Shown here: positions 14,565 to 27,212 of the stretch, in pieces
Position numbering within the stretch: position 1 is the stretch's first letter
Layout: each line of letters opens with the position of its first letter
DNA from: Mytilus edulis
Taxonomy: Eukaryota
Assembly (NCBI RefSeq): GCF_963676685.1
Contig: NC_092352.1
Span: 85,622,001 to 85,686,000, forward strand
DNA length: 64,000 nucleotides
Direction of reading: 5' to 3'
Notes under the pieces: model-generated
The model's input: only the letters and a program-made list of their open reading frames with translations
What the model was told of the DNA's origin: nothing
The model's database searches: none
Position numbers and translations under genes: made by a program

Positions 14565-16240
14565 AACAGCTGCGCCATGAGCTCATGATACGCCCGTCGT
14601 TTTATGCAATAATCATAAACAGTTTCTGAGATACAGCGTGACATGTGAAAACACACCCTTTTTTTTAACAAAAAACTCAATAACTCTTAAATAAAATTTT
14701 GAATTATTACCATAAAGTATACAGATCTTACGATCAATATAACTAAGAAGTGAGTAAAGTTTTAACCGATAATCATAAATTGTTTTTGAGATACAGCGCG
14801 ACAAGTGAAAACATACTTTTTTTAAACAAAAAACTCAATAACTCATAATTAAAATGTTGAAGCATCATGATTACCAAAAAGAATACAGAACCTAAGATTA
14901 ATATAACTAAGAAGTGGGTAAAGTTTTAAACAATAATCATTAATTGTTTTTTGAGATACGGTGCTACATGTGAACCCCCTCCCCCCTTAAAAAACAAACT
15001 CAATATCTCTAAATTAATATTTTGAATCAAAACCAAAGAGTATACAGATCTTTGGATTAATATAACTTAGAAGTGAGTTAAGTTTTGAGCAATAATCGTA
15101 AATTGTTATTTGAGATATGCGGAATGTAAAAAAAAAACTTCACCTTTTTGTCGAGCCTTTGACTTTAGTCGAAAAAGCGAGACTAAGTGATCCTACATTC
15201 CGTCGTCGTCGTCGTCGTCGGCGGCGTCCACAAATATTCACTCTGTGGTTAAAGTTTTTGAAATTTTAATAACTTTCTTAAACTATACTGGATTTCTACC
15301 AAACTTGGACAGAAGCTTGTATATGATCATAAGATAGTATCCAGAAGTAAATTTTATAAAATTAAATTAAATTTTTTCCGTATTTTACTTATAAATGGAC
15401 TTAGTTTTTTCTGCGGGGAAACATAACATTCACTCTGTGGTTAAAGTTTTTAAAATTTTAATAACTTTCTTAAACTATCCTGGGTTTGTACCAAACTTAG
15501 ACAGAAGCTTATTTATGATCATAAGATAGTATCCAGATGTAAATTTTGTAAAAAGATCACTCCATTTTTTCTGTATTTTACTTTTAAATGGACTTAGATT
15601 TTCTTCCATTTAACATTACATACAGTCTGCAGTTAAAGTTTTCAAAACATTTATTAGATTCATTAACTATCCTAGATTTTTACCAAACTTGGACAGAAGC
15701 TTCTTACAATCATAGATAGTATCAAGAGGAATTTTTTTTGTTTTGATTTTTTTCCTCATTTTTGTTGAGCCTGCGATTTACAGCAAAAGTAGGCGAGACA
15801 CTGGGTTCCGCGGAACCCTTTCAAATTGTTTTTTTACAAAATACTAAATAATTCAAATATAATTTTTTTAATCATGATTAAAATGTATTCAGATCTTTAG
15901 ATAAATATAACTAAGAAGTGTATTAAGTTTTAATCAATTATCATAAATCGTTTTTAAGATACAGCGCGACACAGGAAAAACACACCCCTGTTTTAGTTAC
16001 TAAGTCCCGTAACTCAAAAAATTTAAATCGATTAATTTTCACCAAAAAGTATACAGATCTTTTGACCATCATAAGAAACAACTATATTAAGTTTCGTGAA
16101 ATTTGGAAAAAGTGTTCTCAAGTTACGGTGCGACATGTTAACACCGGATAGACAGACAGAAAGACGGACGGACGGACGTACGCCGGACATTTGTGTACCA
16201 TAATACGTCCCGTCAAAATTCATTGGTGCCATTTATACAA
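14565..16240 (-). mobile_element. HINE-like element with ~160-bp internal repeats and (GACG/GACA)n
   Basis: gagatacagcgcgacatgtgaaaa unit recurs ~14627, 14788, 14953, 15111, 15957, 16120; microsatellite 16150-16180; splits a sequence that is contiguous at 10860-10965. Confidence 0.65.
15145..15827 (+). mobile_element. HINE-like element nested in the 14565-16240 element
   Basis: (GTC)n at ~15200-15227, ~192-bp tandem x3, perfect 3' palindrome gggttccgcggaaccc at 15803-15818. Confidence 0.7.
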
Positions 16241-16937
16241 AAAGACAATGAACTGTTACATTTACTTGTTTTATACACAACATTTTCATCATGATGTACT
16301 TTATGTAGCTGCATAATTATAATATAACTAATTTTCATCTAATCGAAGGGAAGATTTATTTTTACATTTGACGAGAGTACATCTAGAAGCCTTGAATCAT
16401 AATAAAACCATTTCGTTCCTCATGGAAGATTTTTATGTCTGTCATCTCCAGTTGTATGGAAGATTTATATACGTATGCAATGGAAGGTTATTTTCCGAAC
16501 AGTTATCAATTATTTCCCTTTAATTTCTCAAATAAAAAAAAACAACGTATGAAGTTCTTTGATTGGTCATATTCAGGTGCAATTTTTTATGTAAGTATGC
16601 GTTCCTTCTTCAGTGAATATTGTGGTTCATCTCTTATCTCTAAGCCAAATGTCAATTGTATTTGATGTAAACATGGTAAAGTGTGTCACCTTAAAACAAC
16701 CTATCCAAATTCTAATAATTATTTTTAAAGCTTGATTTTACTTGAATTCAATAAATGATCATGATAAAGGTCTAGATATTCATATGTAAAGATAACTAGT
16801 GTCTTTATAGTCGTAAATTGTAAAATATATGCACAAATAACATCAAATTTAAAGATAAAATTTCTTTGAAGGTAGAAGAAGCTTTATCAGCAATGGACAA
16901 CTTAGAGTCATCAAAGGTATCAGGATTATAATTTAGC

Positions 16938-16981
16938 ACGCCAGACGCTCGTTTCGTCTACATAAGACTCATCAGTGAATC
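16938..16981 (-). ncRNA. Minimal hammerhead ribozyme motif in repeat copy ~16905-17080
   Basis: Reverse complement reads ATTCA CTGATGA GTCT TATGT AGAC GAAA CGAGCG TC TGGCGT. Confidence 0.65.
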
Positions 16982-17489
16982 TCATACGAAAACATTCATA
17001 AAGCCAACCAAGCACAAAGTTAATGAACATTGAGGATCCGAAATTCCAAACAGTTGTGCCAAATACGGCCAAGGCAACCTAGAAGTTAAGATTGACAATT
17101 AATTGAGAATAAAAATGATATAGAGATCAAGATAAATAAGAGAGGAAAATATTTAATCGTAGTTACAGGGTTTTTTTTATAAATAGTAGCCTCACTAATC
17201 ATAATGAAAAAGACAGTTTATCACAAGCATTACTACCAATCGATCTTGACCCAGTCGTGGCTATATATATCTGTTTTGCTATCAACGCTAATGATATTGG
17301 GATTGTCTATATAACACTGTTTCTAAAAAGAATATGTTGCTGATAGAAGTACGCCTCCTATTAGTAGTAACATCAGAAGATTACCTTACTACGCTTAAAG
17401 AAGTTTCAAGGAATAATAAACAGTCAATAGGAATATAGACCAACTGTTTTGATGTCTGAAAACTACAAGATCACTTATTAAACATATAT

Positions 17490-17975
17490 GATGTGGATAA
17501 AAACAGCGAAAATACCATAATGTATACGACAGAACGATAAAAGCATGTGACTGAATTCAGTCATAGACTTAGATTTAAAATGTGTTTGTATATATTGTAT
17601 AGATATTTCTACTGTACAAACCGATGTACTTGATAATGTCAATGACTAATGGTGCCAGTGACTGAATTCAGTCAAGATTTTCGTTATTGTTAACATTAAT
17701 ATGTATAGTTTTGAAAAAAGGAAGATGATTCTTGATGTTTGTAAATTGACTGAATTCAGTCAACAGTTTTCTTATGCACTTCTGTAAAAACTGTATATAT
17801 CCCTCAGAGCATTTACTTGTTGTGTAGGATATTGCACACACCCAACTGCTACCAATCTCTAATTTTTAATGTATTATCAATTGAATATTCAAATAAATTA
17901 AGATGAAAGTTGTAGTGCAAGATGACTGAATTCAGTCATGACTATGGTGTCACATATGCAGTTTTTATCCATACA
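17490..17975. repeat. Cluster of four identical 16-bp palindromes TGACTGAATTCAGTCA inside short inverted termini
   Basis: Copies at 17548-17563, 17659-17674, 17747-17762, 17923-17938; flanking tggataaaaacagc / gcagtttttatcca. Confidence 0.8.
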
Positions 17976-18649
17976 GATAACTGGGACAAACAGATTTTCA
18001 TTAAAAAAATAGTCACAATTTAACAGTTTGAATAAAACGTATATTCTCATTTATTTTGTTTTTGAACATGCTAAATAAAAGCTTCAGATTACACAAAAGG
18101 AAGCAAGTACCCATTGTGCCTAATATATTTTTTCCAAACAGAGACCGAAATCTTCAGACTAACAAAATAGTATATGCACATTTGCAATCGTGTACTTCTA
18201 AGAAAATAGCTGAAAATACGTAAGGACACGATTTGCATCAACATGTGTCAATTTTTTCTAAGATATGGGGAGAAACCTCAGTTATCTAAATTTTAAGGAG
18301 GTGTTATTAAGCAGATTCTTGCATACTCTCCATATTTGACAAATCAGAATATTGACAAGTTGAAACAGAATGTGTTATAAAGGAAAAAAGGAGAAACAAT
18401 ACTGAATCAGTCACCGTTTTTTTTGGTAAAATACAGATGAGACAGTTTCGTAGTAGCGTACTAGCCTCGAGTACGCGGTGTCGTGAGTGATCTATCATTA
18501 ATCCAACAAAAATGTATATTTGATAATGATCGGCACATTGAAGAAAAGTAGTAGTATTATGTGGTCTTAGAAATTGTGAACGTGGAAACAGTCTGAAAGT
18601 CCAATTTTTTCTTCTTTCTTCATAGTTTACTTTGGATCATGTATTTGCA

Positions 18650-18711
18650 TAGAACTAGAGATAAATATTTAACAGATACAGTTAAGTCTGCCTCATATCT
18701 TGACTTACATT
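18650..18711 (+). mobile_element. Short Penelope-like RT fragment (TDTVKSASYLDLH)
   Basis: gtctgcctcatatcttgacttacatt nearly identical to 60476-60501. Confidence 0.6.
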
Positions 18712-18788
18712 TTTTTTGTCTACGTCTAAAATGCATTCCTTGTGATGCATAATTCTGAAAAGAAATGATGTCTTTTATTGAATAAAAT

Positions 18789-21700
18789 CTATACACTTTT
18801 CATATAATGATAGCATGTCACTGGAACAGATCTTCTAGATAACGCAAAGGATAAACATTCTGTATTCTGGAATGCATCTAGTCTTTGGGAAAGACAGTTT
18901 TCGAGAAAGGTTTTTAAGTGCTGTACATGTGTTTTATTATGGTGCCAATTGGTATGGAAGTCCTCCACTAAATGAAATAATTTATCAGGTATAGGCAACA
19001 CACTTTTATCTATATAGCTCGTCCTTTCTGAAAAATATTAAGAGCAGAATATCAATTCAAATGGAAGTATTATTTATCCATGAAGCTCAAACCTGATAAA
19101 CAAATTCAGATTCAAAAAGCCTTTCGGACGTTTTTACATGTTAATGTCTGGTATCAGTAGTATTCGTTGTTGTTATGACCCTACAATTGTTCGTTCAAAG
19201 TTCACATTTAGGATTTGGTACACTTTTATAATTTTAGCTTTTTATTATTATTCAGAGTCCTCATTGCGTTTTAATAATTTATTAGTTCATGGTATTTTAC
19301 GCTATTTAAAAAAAACTTGTATTTTACACTTAACTATAATCCTTTCATTCAGATTAAATATCAAAGATTTATATCCGTCTTTAAGATAAAAGGTTCTGTA
19401 AGAAAGAACATAGATAAATTGAAACTAAGTGATAACTGCCGAAAGCCATTCTTGACAAATTTATACGAAGCATGTTTTAATCCGTAATGCCCGCTTTCGG
19501 CAAATAATTCGAATTACTATTATTTAATAAAAATATATTTGATTGGTTCATTTACTGTATGTCAATCAGTCTTTTGAATTTGTATTTTATATTTGTTTTT
19601 TTCAGTTATGTTTTAATATTTGAAATATATGGATTTGAAATAAATATGTAAACTTTCCAGCGACTTGGTCTTTATCTCAACTACCGCTAGTTTCCCCCAG
19701 AAACTAATTAATATGACAGAGGTGAGCAACAACCTGGTCATATTGTTTCATTGTTATAAAACGACATATGCATCTTTTGCCTACCTTTGACATGTTTTTG
19801 GAAGTCCTTTCAAAATCTTTCTGATTGTCTTACCTCCTGGCGATTTAAACCTTTACCATTTTGTTGAAGATATTATATTGATATGTTTTTTGTAGTATAT
19901 ATGTTGTAAGGTTATTATATCGACGTAAACACTAAATTAGTCAAACTCATTACTAAGGTAACATCAGAATAGTGTTTTTGACGAGAGGTAAGATACAACA
20001 AGAGGGCATAATTCAAACTCACAAGTCGAAAACAAACCGACCATGCCAAGAAAAAAGGAAAAGAAAAACGACAAATCGACAAACAACTGCTTACAAAACA
20101 TCTTAAACAAGAATGTGTCTATAGTACACGGATGACCCACTTGCACTATGATTTTACATGTTCAGTGGACCATGAAATTGGGGTAAAAACTGTAATTTGG
20201 CATTAAAATAAGAAAGATAATATCATGAGGAACATGTGTACTAAGTTTCAAGCGGATTGGACTTCAACTTCATCAAAAAACTACTTTGACCAAAAACTTT
20301 ATCCTGAGGTGGGAGGAACGGAGGCACAGACCAGAAAACATAATGCCCCTCTACTATTGTAGGTGGGGCATAAAAACAAAATATTGTGCCATAAAGAGAT
20401 CGTTAAACATTTCTGCCATTCACATCAGTTTATGCTTCCTTTAGGAAATCTTATCCTTTTCGAATGGTGACCATATGGTATCTTTTGCCAAACATAGACA
20501 ACAAATATGGCCCAGAAAATGTTTCATTTTCTTACCCCAGGAGTAGATTACCTTAGCCGTATTTGGCACAACTTTTTGGAATTTTGGGTCCTCAATGCTT
20601 TCAACTTTGTATTTGTTTGGCTTTTTAACTATTTTGATCTGAGCGTCACTGATGAGTCTATTGAAGACGAAACGCGCGTCTGGCGTATAAAATTATAATC
20701 CTGGTATTTTTGATAACTATTCATTCATTTATTAAGTAAAAAAGGCTTATGCCATCAGGAAAAGTTACTAGTAGCTAGATCAGCTCTCTAATAATCCGTT
20801 AGAGCAGTTCTAGATGTCGACAAAGTTAAACGCAGAAAACTTAAACCCCGTCGATCAAAATCGTATGTTATAACAATAATAAGAGTATATTCGTCAAAGT
20901 TAAAGCCGTATTTGAACGCTTATAACGTAAATGATTGCAATGGGTTAAACACTTACGGATACAATGTACCTCAAGCTTTCTCGATGGTTAGTCAAAGACC
21001 ATAAAAGATTATTAGAAATGTTTTGTAGAGCATTATATCTCATAATTGCCTGCATAGAATCTCATAATTAGACTCAATTTAACAGATGTGTATTGCGCAC
21101 TTTATAATCTCTTTTTAAAATGAGTTCGATCCACGAACGTCAAACCAAATTCTTCAAAACTGCTGATTACAGAACAAGCAGATGGTACTTCGGAGAAACT
21201 GATATGGCTACATACTCTTTATTGTCACTATCAGAACTTTACAAAACCAAATAAGTAAGTAAAAATAGGAACACAAATATAAGACATTCTGTAATGTTTC
21301 AAGAATCATCATTAAGTTGATTACAAAAAGTAAGTTTTATATGAATTTATGAGTTTTGAACAGCGTTATACTACTGTTGCCTTTATTTGTATAAGGTTTG
21401 AAGAAATGGTTGCAAAATTCGGAGAAGTGGAAAAAATCTCCCTCAATCATCCCATTATGACATGTAGACAATTACAACATGAATGCAATTCTTTTGCGGA
21501 GTAACAGTTCACAGGGTTAGTATATATTAACTACATAATTTCTGTGTACTTTTATCTGTTGTGTCATATTATATTTGATAAAATATAGATTATTATTATG
21601 AAATGATAAATATGGATAGGTTAAGCGTCCTTGAATGAGAATTATTAATAAAATTAAATATTCTTGTAATTATACCTTATGATTTTTTAAATTTTTTTTT

Positions 21701-24700
21701 TTTTATAAAATTTGGTCTGTTGAAGCAGCCTTCTTTGTCAAAAGTAGTGTTTAATACTTATTAATCTTGGTATATAAGTGCAAGATCTGTAAAATTGTAT
21801 GCAAATGTAATTTTTTTTTAATCATACCATTGTACAATGATTTGGTTTAAATAAGGTTGCAACAACATTAGAAATGGAGATTCATTTCCACTGGGGCCAT
21901 CTTGCAATTTACCTGCTTCACATAAGAATATATATTTATACGAAATATATAACATTTATATATACACGTATATACCATTTGAATATCATATATAAGAGGC
22001 CGTACGGCCTAAGTCTCCAGTGGAAAAAAAGTCTCTGTTATATTTTTATGTATATGTATGAAATCAGAGAAATAAAACAACGAATTTTTTTTTCTCAGGC
22101 CGATTTCTGTACATCGCCAAAATTGTCTCTCTGTAAAAGTGGTATGCCAATTTCTCTTTTTTTTAATTGTCATTTTGTTTAAAAACATACCATTACAACT
22201 GTTTTTATTACTCATGAAAAAGGTAATTCAATTTATTCATGAATATATTATATGTTCTAGTGATGTGAATTCTGTTATATTAACTCGAAAGAGCCGGTAT
22301 CGATCACCAAACACAACTGATATACAACAATAAAATTTGTGTTGAATACAACTCATGTCTTTCTTTCCCTTTTTGCTAGACAGAGATTTGACTATCATTG
22401 ATAGTTGCATAAGGTACAAGATTAAAGCTAGTATTAAAAAAGTTGAAATTGGGATTTCGGGCCTCATCTCTGCTGAAGGTGATATTGACTCTAATAAAAT
22501 TGCCTCATTTCAATTTATTGTGTTTTGAGTGCCCTTTATTCCACAACTATATTCGCGACCAAAAAGATTGAGATTATTATTATCATTTTTTGTTGTTGTT
22601 GTTATCTGTTTATCTTTTGTTATCAACACGAAGTTGTCTGTAATTGAATTCTGGGTTTGAATATCCCTTTGCTATTTTGCTACATCTCCAACATACATTT
22701 TTGAAAATATATAATAAAGAAGTAATACTAAATTATAGATTCACGACTTACTTGGAGGGACGTGGTAGAAGTATAAAACCGGATGTAAAAAGTTTGATAG
22801 ATGTGCATATCTCGGTTCTGTAGCTGCCCTGTCCTCTCTGAATACATCCTCTGACGGACCATGGTAATCCTCTCCATATTCCAGTCCCAAAACTATCATG
22901 CTCTTATTGGATATCGATTCTCCAGTTATTTGACCAAATTGTCGAATTAAATTAACAGGAAATTCCTCAAAATATTCAAATGAAATACTGTAATATAATC
23001 AAGATGTACAAATTTTATAAAAATGACAAAGTATCTTCAAAATGTCATTTTAAATAATTAATATTTTGCTAATTTTTCCATAATTTTGAAATATATTTAA
23101 ATTGGAAATACAAAGCTAGCATTAAACTTTAAGGGGATTTCATAAGTTGTTTGCACTCTTGTTATCAAACGAACATTGCAGATTAAAAAAAAACTACTTT
23201 AAACAAATTGTGAAAGGAAACAAATAAATTTAATGATCAAATTCCGATCATGAAAACATCGTAATCGTGTAGCATCTTGTTAAAATATATGTGAACCAAA
23301 ACATCCCGACATGCATTGCGTTTGGTGACAATTTAATTTAGAGAATACTTTGAAAAATTAATTAGAAAAAACGGGTTTTAAACAAAAAAGTTATAATGAT
23401 AGCTAAATTTTAGAGTTACAATTCTAAATAAAACCTTGTTTAAACTTCACCTGTTTATCAATATAACATCTACCAACTGTCCAAACATTTGGTATATTCC
23501 AGAAGCCTCATTTATCCTTTTCACTGTAACCGGAAGCAAGTTAAAAATACTGTATGCTTGTTTTGGCCACGTTTCACCATGATATCGCAATGATAAGATA
23601 TTGTTTAAAGCACGAGCTGAAAAGAAAATAAAAGCTCAAACAAGTTAATCATTTGTTTTAGGAGAAACACGAACGATCTTTCTAAGTGGTAACCAATAGA
23701 ACTATCAAATTGAATGTATTTTATAGCAATGCCTGTTGTTGGATTTTATATATTATTTTATTTCAATCTTTAATATATGTATAAAAATATTAAATATTAC
23801 TAGAATATGTATACGGCCGTATCGGAAGTTCATATTGGTGTCACAATCAGACAGGAACAGATCAAAAAGGGGTCTATGAACTTTTTTTCATAGAAACATT
23901 CACAAACATTCACAGAGGGTGCAATAACTTTTTAAAAAGTTTGTTGAAATAAGCTAGTCTCAACTATATGTTTTTAAATGAATCCGTAATTTCAATATGC
24001 ATGTGTGTATCTGTTTTTTCAAATATATAGCAATTATTCTACATATTGCGTTTTGTAAGAGAGAGAAAACATAAAGTTACCTGAATACCGGAATCCGTGT
24101 ATGAATCCTCCAGCTGATTTTCTGTGATCAAGTGAATGGGTAGCAGTGCCAACAATATAGATGCCCGGTATTTCCGTAGACTGGTAATCAGGGGAAATTA
24201 ATGGATACTTTCCTTTATAACCACCAGATAGCTGACTTGTGTAAAGGAAGAACCCAAATGTTATTATTAGAGTTCGACAGTCTATATAAGGTTAATTATC
24301 AAGAGACAGATAGCAAGGGACAACGATAAATATGTCAATAAAATCTTCGTATAATAAATTCAAACAAGAATATGTCCATAGTACACGGATGCCCACTCGC
24401 ACTATCATTTTCTTTGTTCAGTAGACCGTAAAATTTGGCATTTAAATTAAAAAGATCATATTTTAGGGAACATGTTTACTAAGTTTCAAGTTGATTGGAG
24501 TCATCAAAAACTACCTCGAACAAAAAAATAGCCTGAAGTGGGACAGACGGACGAACAAACGGACCCAGAAATCAGAAAAACATAATGCACCTCTACTTTA
24601 ATAGGTGGGCATACAAAATTCAAACTTTAAACGGTTACGAAAATTATGTAAATTTCCCCCCAGTTCATACCCCACTGTCATCCGATATCAAAATAAATGC

Positions 24701-25001
24701 GATACAAGTGCAATTGGCTGATTTTATTTTGGTTCTCCTTAAGATAATTTCTGTAAATACTCACTTTGAAAATATAGAAGTATCAAACCGGAACCCGAGA
24801 CAACGAATAATTTGATCGTATGGCTTTTGTAATGGATCATTTTCAAACTGTCCCCATATTTTTGCTGCTTCTTCGTCAGCATCAGTCAAATATAGACCAT
24901 CTTTCTTTCTGACTATCATATAATCTTCTATATTTCCATATTCTAAAAACCCATCCAAAGATTTCAGCTGGTAAGTGTCTAGAATTTCATTATTGATTGC
25001 C
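18789..25001 (-). CDS. FOXRED2: Tandem partial duplicate (copy B) of FOXRED2-like exons 6-10; intact frame, no own exons 1-5 (alternative 3' cassette or young pseudogene)
   Basis: Exons 25001-24765, 24235-24081, 23616-23451, 22987-22752, 19027-18789 have the same lengths as copy A (237, 155, 166, 236, 239 nt). GT-AG intact, no stops or frameshifts, ends CYHYMKSV-TAG with AATAAA at 18779-18774. Confidence 0.75.
20106..20376 (-). mobile_element. Short HINE-like element (aacaagaatgtgtc..agtacacggatg); also 24363-24617 and 34831-35107
   Basis: Three related copies with (GGAC)n-like tract and terminal hairpin; the latter two occupy the same position in intron 6 of copies B and A. Confidence 0.65.
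20643..20686 (+). ncRNA. Minimal type I hammerhead ribozyme motif (best-preserved copy)
   Basis: GCGUCA CUGAUGA GUCU-AUUGA-AGAC GAAA CGCGCG UC UGGCGU: full core, helix II 4 bp, palindromic helix III, helix I GCGUCA/UGGCGU with two G-U pairs. Confidence 0.8.
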
Positions 25002-25875
25002 CTGAAAGAATACAATATTTCATTTAATAGCAAGACAAATAATGTGCTGTATTTAAAACGTCTACGTTAAACGGCAAGCTACATTTGTATAAATAAACAA
25101 AAGTTCTGAAAAGCAGTGAATACATTTAACAAAATCTAGCAAGTCCAAATATGAAATACACCAATAACAAAGTCCTCTACTGGAATTATTGCAGTACTGC
25201 AAAGCAAGACACAGATAGAAAGGACTTATCAAACTGGATACATTAAGTTCTTCTCAAGATTGTTACGTATGCAACACAAAACGATCAGATTGAACAACCT
25301 ATTGTGGCATTCCTTTTCATACATGGTCTTTTTTCGTGTTCTGAATATGAAATTGATAAGCCAAATAATCTAGTTTGGGATATTCCTGCTTCGACTCAAT
25401 GCACGGCTTGTTTTGTCTTCTTGAAATAAATCCTAAATACGAAAGTTTTTCTACTCCAGGATAAGGTACTTTCAGTCAAATCTGTCACAATTTTCTTTAT
25501 TTTTTAAGCTATAGTAACTTCGTCATTCGTCCCTGTTTTGATTCTAACACCACACGCGAGTCTAATAAACGTTATTCTCATGATGGTAGCTTTAATTTGA
25601 ATCTATTGTTTCTTTCTAACTGAACAATTAATGCTGAATAAAATAGTTTCATAAATAAAGATCCCGAATCGAAAAACAATGTTCCACTTTGTGTTGGCTT
25701 GAAGTAAAAGCATAAGTCCCCAGTAAAAGATTATCTCTGTTTAATTTTTACACCTAGGTTTATGTACAAGAAAGGAAGACTAAAACATTATGTCCACAAA
25801 GGAAAAACTGAAATATCAAAACATCATTTGTCTCTATCATCTTTTGTAAGACCGAAATATAAAATATGTATTCGA

Positions 25876-25919
25876 GCGTCACTGATGAGTCTTTTGTAGA
25901 CGAAACGCGCGTCTTGCTT
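25876..25919 (+). ncRNA. Minimal hammerhead ribozyme motif, helix I partly mismatched
   Basis: GCGTCA CTGATGA GTCT TTTGT AGAC GAAA CGCGCG TC TTGCTT. Confidence 0.7.
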
Positions 25920-26355
25920 ATATACAAAACTTAGTCCTGATATCTATGATGAGTTTATTTACAATTACAACAACTCTCAGTTGAATATAAAACATTCTCA
26001 TAGCGACATTTCAGTGATACAAAACTGTATTTGATTTTGTTACGAAGAACCTTATGAACATGATAAAATATTTTTATCATTATGTATTTGTTGGGAGTCG
26101 AAAAAACCATATAGTGATTGCGAGCATCAATTAATGACGAGTCACATAAAAATGAAAAACGTTGTATAAATAAGATTATCAATACCAAATTTATTGCGTC
26201 ACATGATGCACATTTTCAAAAATTGATGTCTCTTCAGTGATGTATTAAGTCAAAATATTTGAAAATCAAATACAAAATTTATAGTACAGAAAAAATAAGG
26301 AAGGACCAAAATAAATCAAGAGCCGTACTTTTGCTTGCATTCCTGGTTTCAAAAT

Positions 26356-26790
26356 CAAATAAAGGCAACAGTAGTATACCGCTGTTTAAAATTCACAAAT
26401 CGATAGAGAAAAACAAATCCGGGTAACAAAGTAAAACTGAGGGAAAAGTATCAAATATAAGACAACTACGACACAACAGAGACACAACGCCGAAACGTAA
26501 CCACAGAAACGAACTATAATGTAACAATGGCCATTTTCCTGACTTGGTACAGGGCATTTTATGAAAAAATGGTGTGTTGAACCTGGTTTTGTGGCATGCC
26601 AAACCTCCCGCTTTAATGGTAGTGTTATTTATAACATTAATTTGACAACATTACACGACAGGGTTACAATAAATAAACAGATAAATGGGAGAAAATATAG
26701 GACCGAGAAACAAACGAATAATAGCCATCAAAAGGTAACAGGTTAAAAAATATTTTTATACGCCAGACGCGCGTTACGTCCACACAAAAC
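26356..26790 (-). mobile_element. Interspersed retroposon family ending ...ctactgttgcctttattt (also 41860-42205, 27505-27610, 21340-21388, 30215-30430)
   Basis: Multiple near-identical copies with a constant end; this copy adjoins a partial hammerhead (26760-26790). Confidence 0.7.
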
Positions 26791-26976
26791 AATGCTCAGA
26801 ACATTTTCAGAGGTAACACTTTTTGTATTTAGTTGATAATTAACCTGGTATGAAATGAGACTTTCCTCGTGCAAACGCAAAATTCATTCGTTTCAAGATT
26901 AAGATTTTAGAACGCATCGTATGCAGATTAGAACTTACGAAATTAGTTTTGCTTTAGAGTCTCAGAAAAGTATTAA

Positions 26977-27212
26977 GGGACGACATCAAAAGAACGATGT
27001 AGGATAAAAAAAAACTTAAATCAAATAGTTGGGGGTGGAAAGGGGAGGAGGCAACATAGCTGCAAGTTTTGTTAATCCAAAATCGATTTTACATATATCC
27101 ATATAGATAAATCAATTTTTCCCAAATTAAGTTAAGAGGGGGATGGGGGGTCAGTGAAAAAACTATATGAACTAAGTTTTTTTATCCTACATTTAACTTT
27201 TGATGTCGTCCC
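26977..27212. mobile_element. Tourist/PIF-Harbinger-like MITE with TAA target duplication
   Basis: TAA-gggacgacatcaaaag..atgtaggataaaaaa ... tttttatcctacat..cttttgatgtcgtccc-TAA; TIR ~40 bp. Confidence 0.75.

Noticed and set aside
17548-17938. CRISPR array
   Set aside because: Eukaryotic intron-containing context, repeats only 16 bp, spacers 72-160 nt and irregular, no cas genes.
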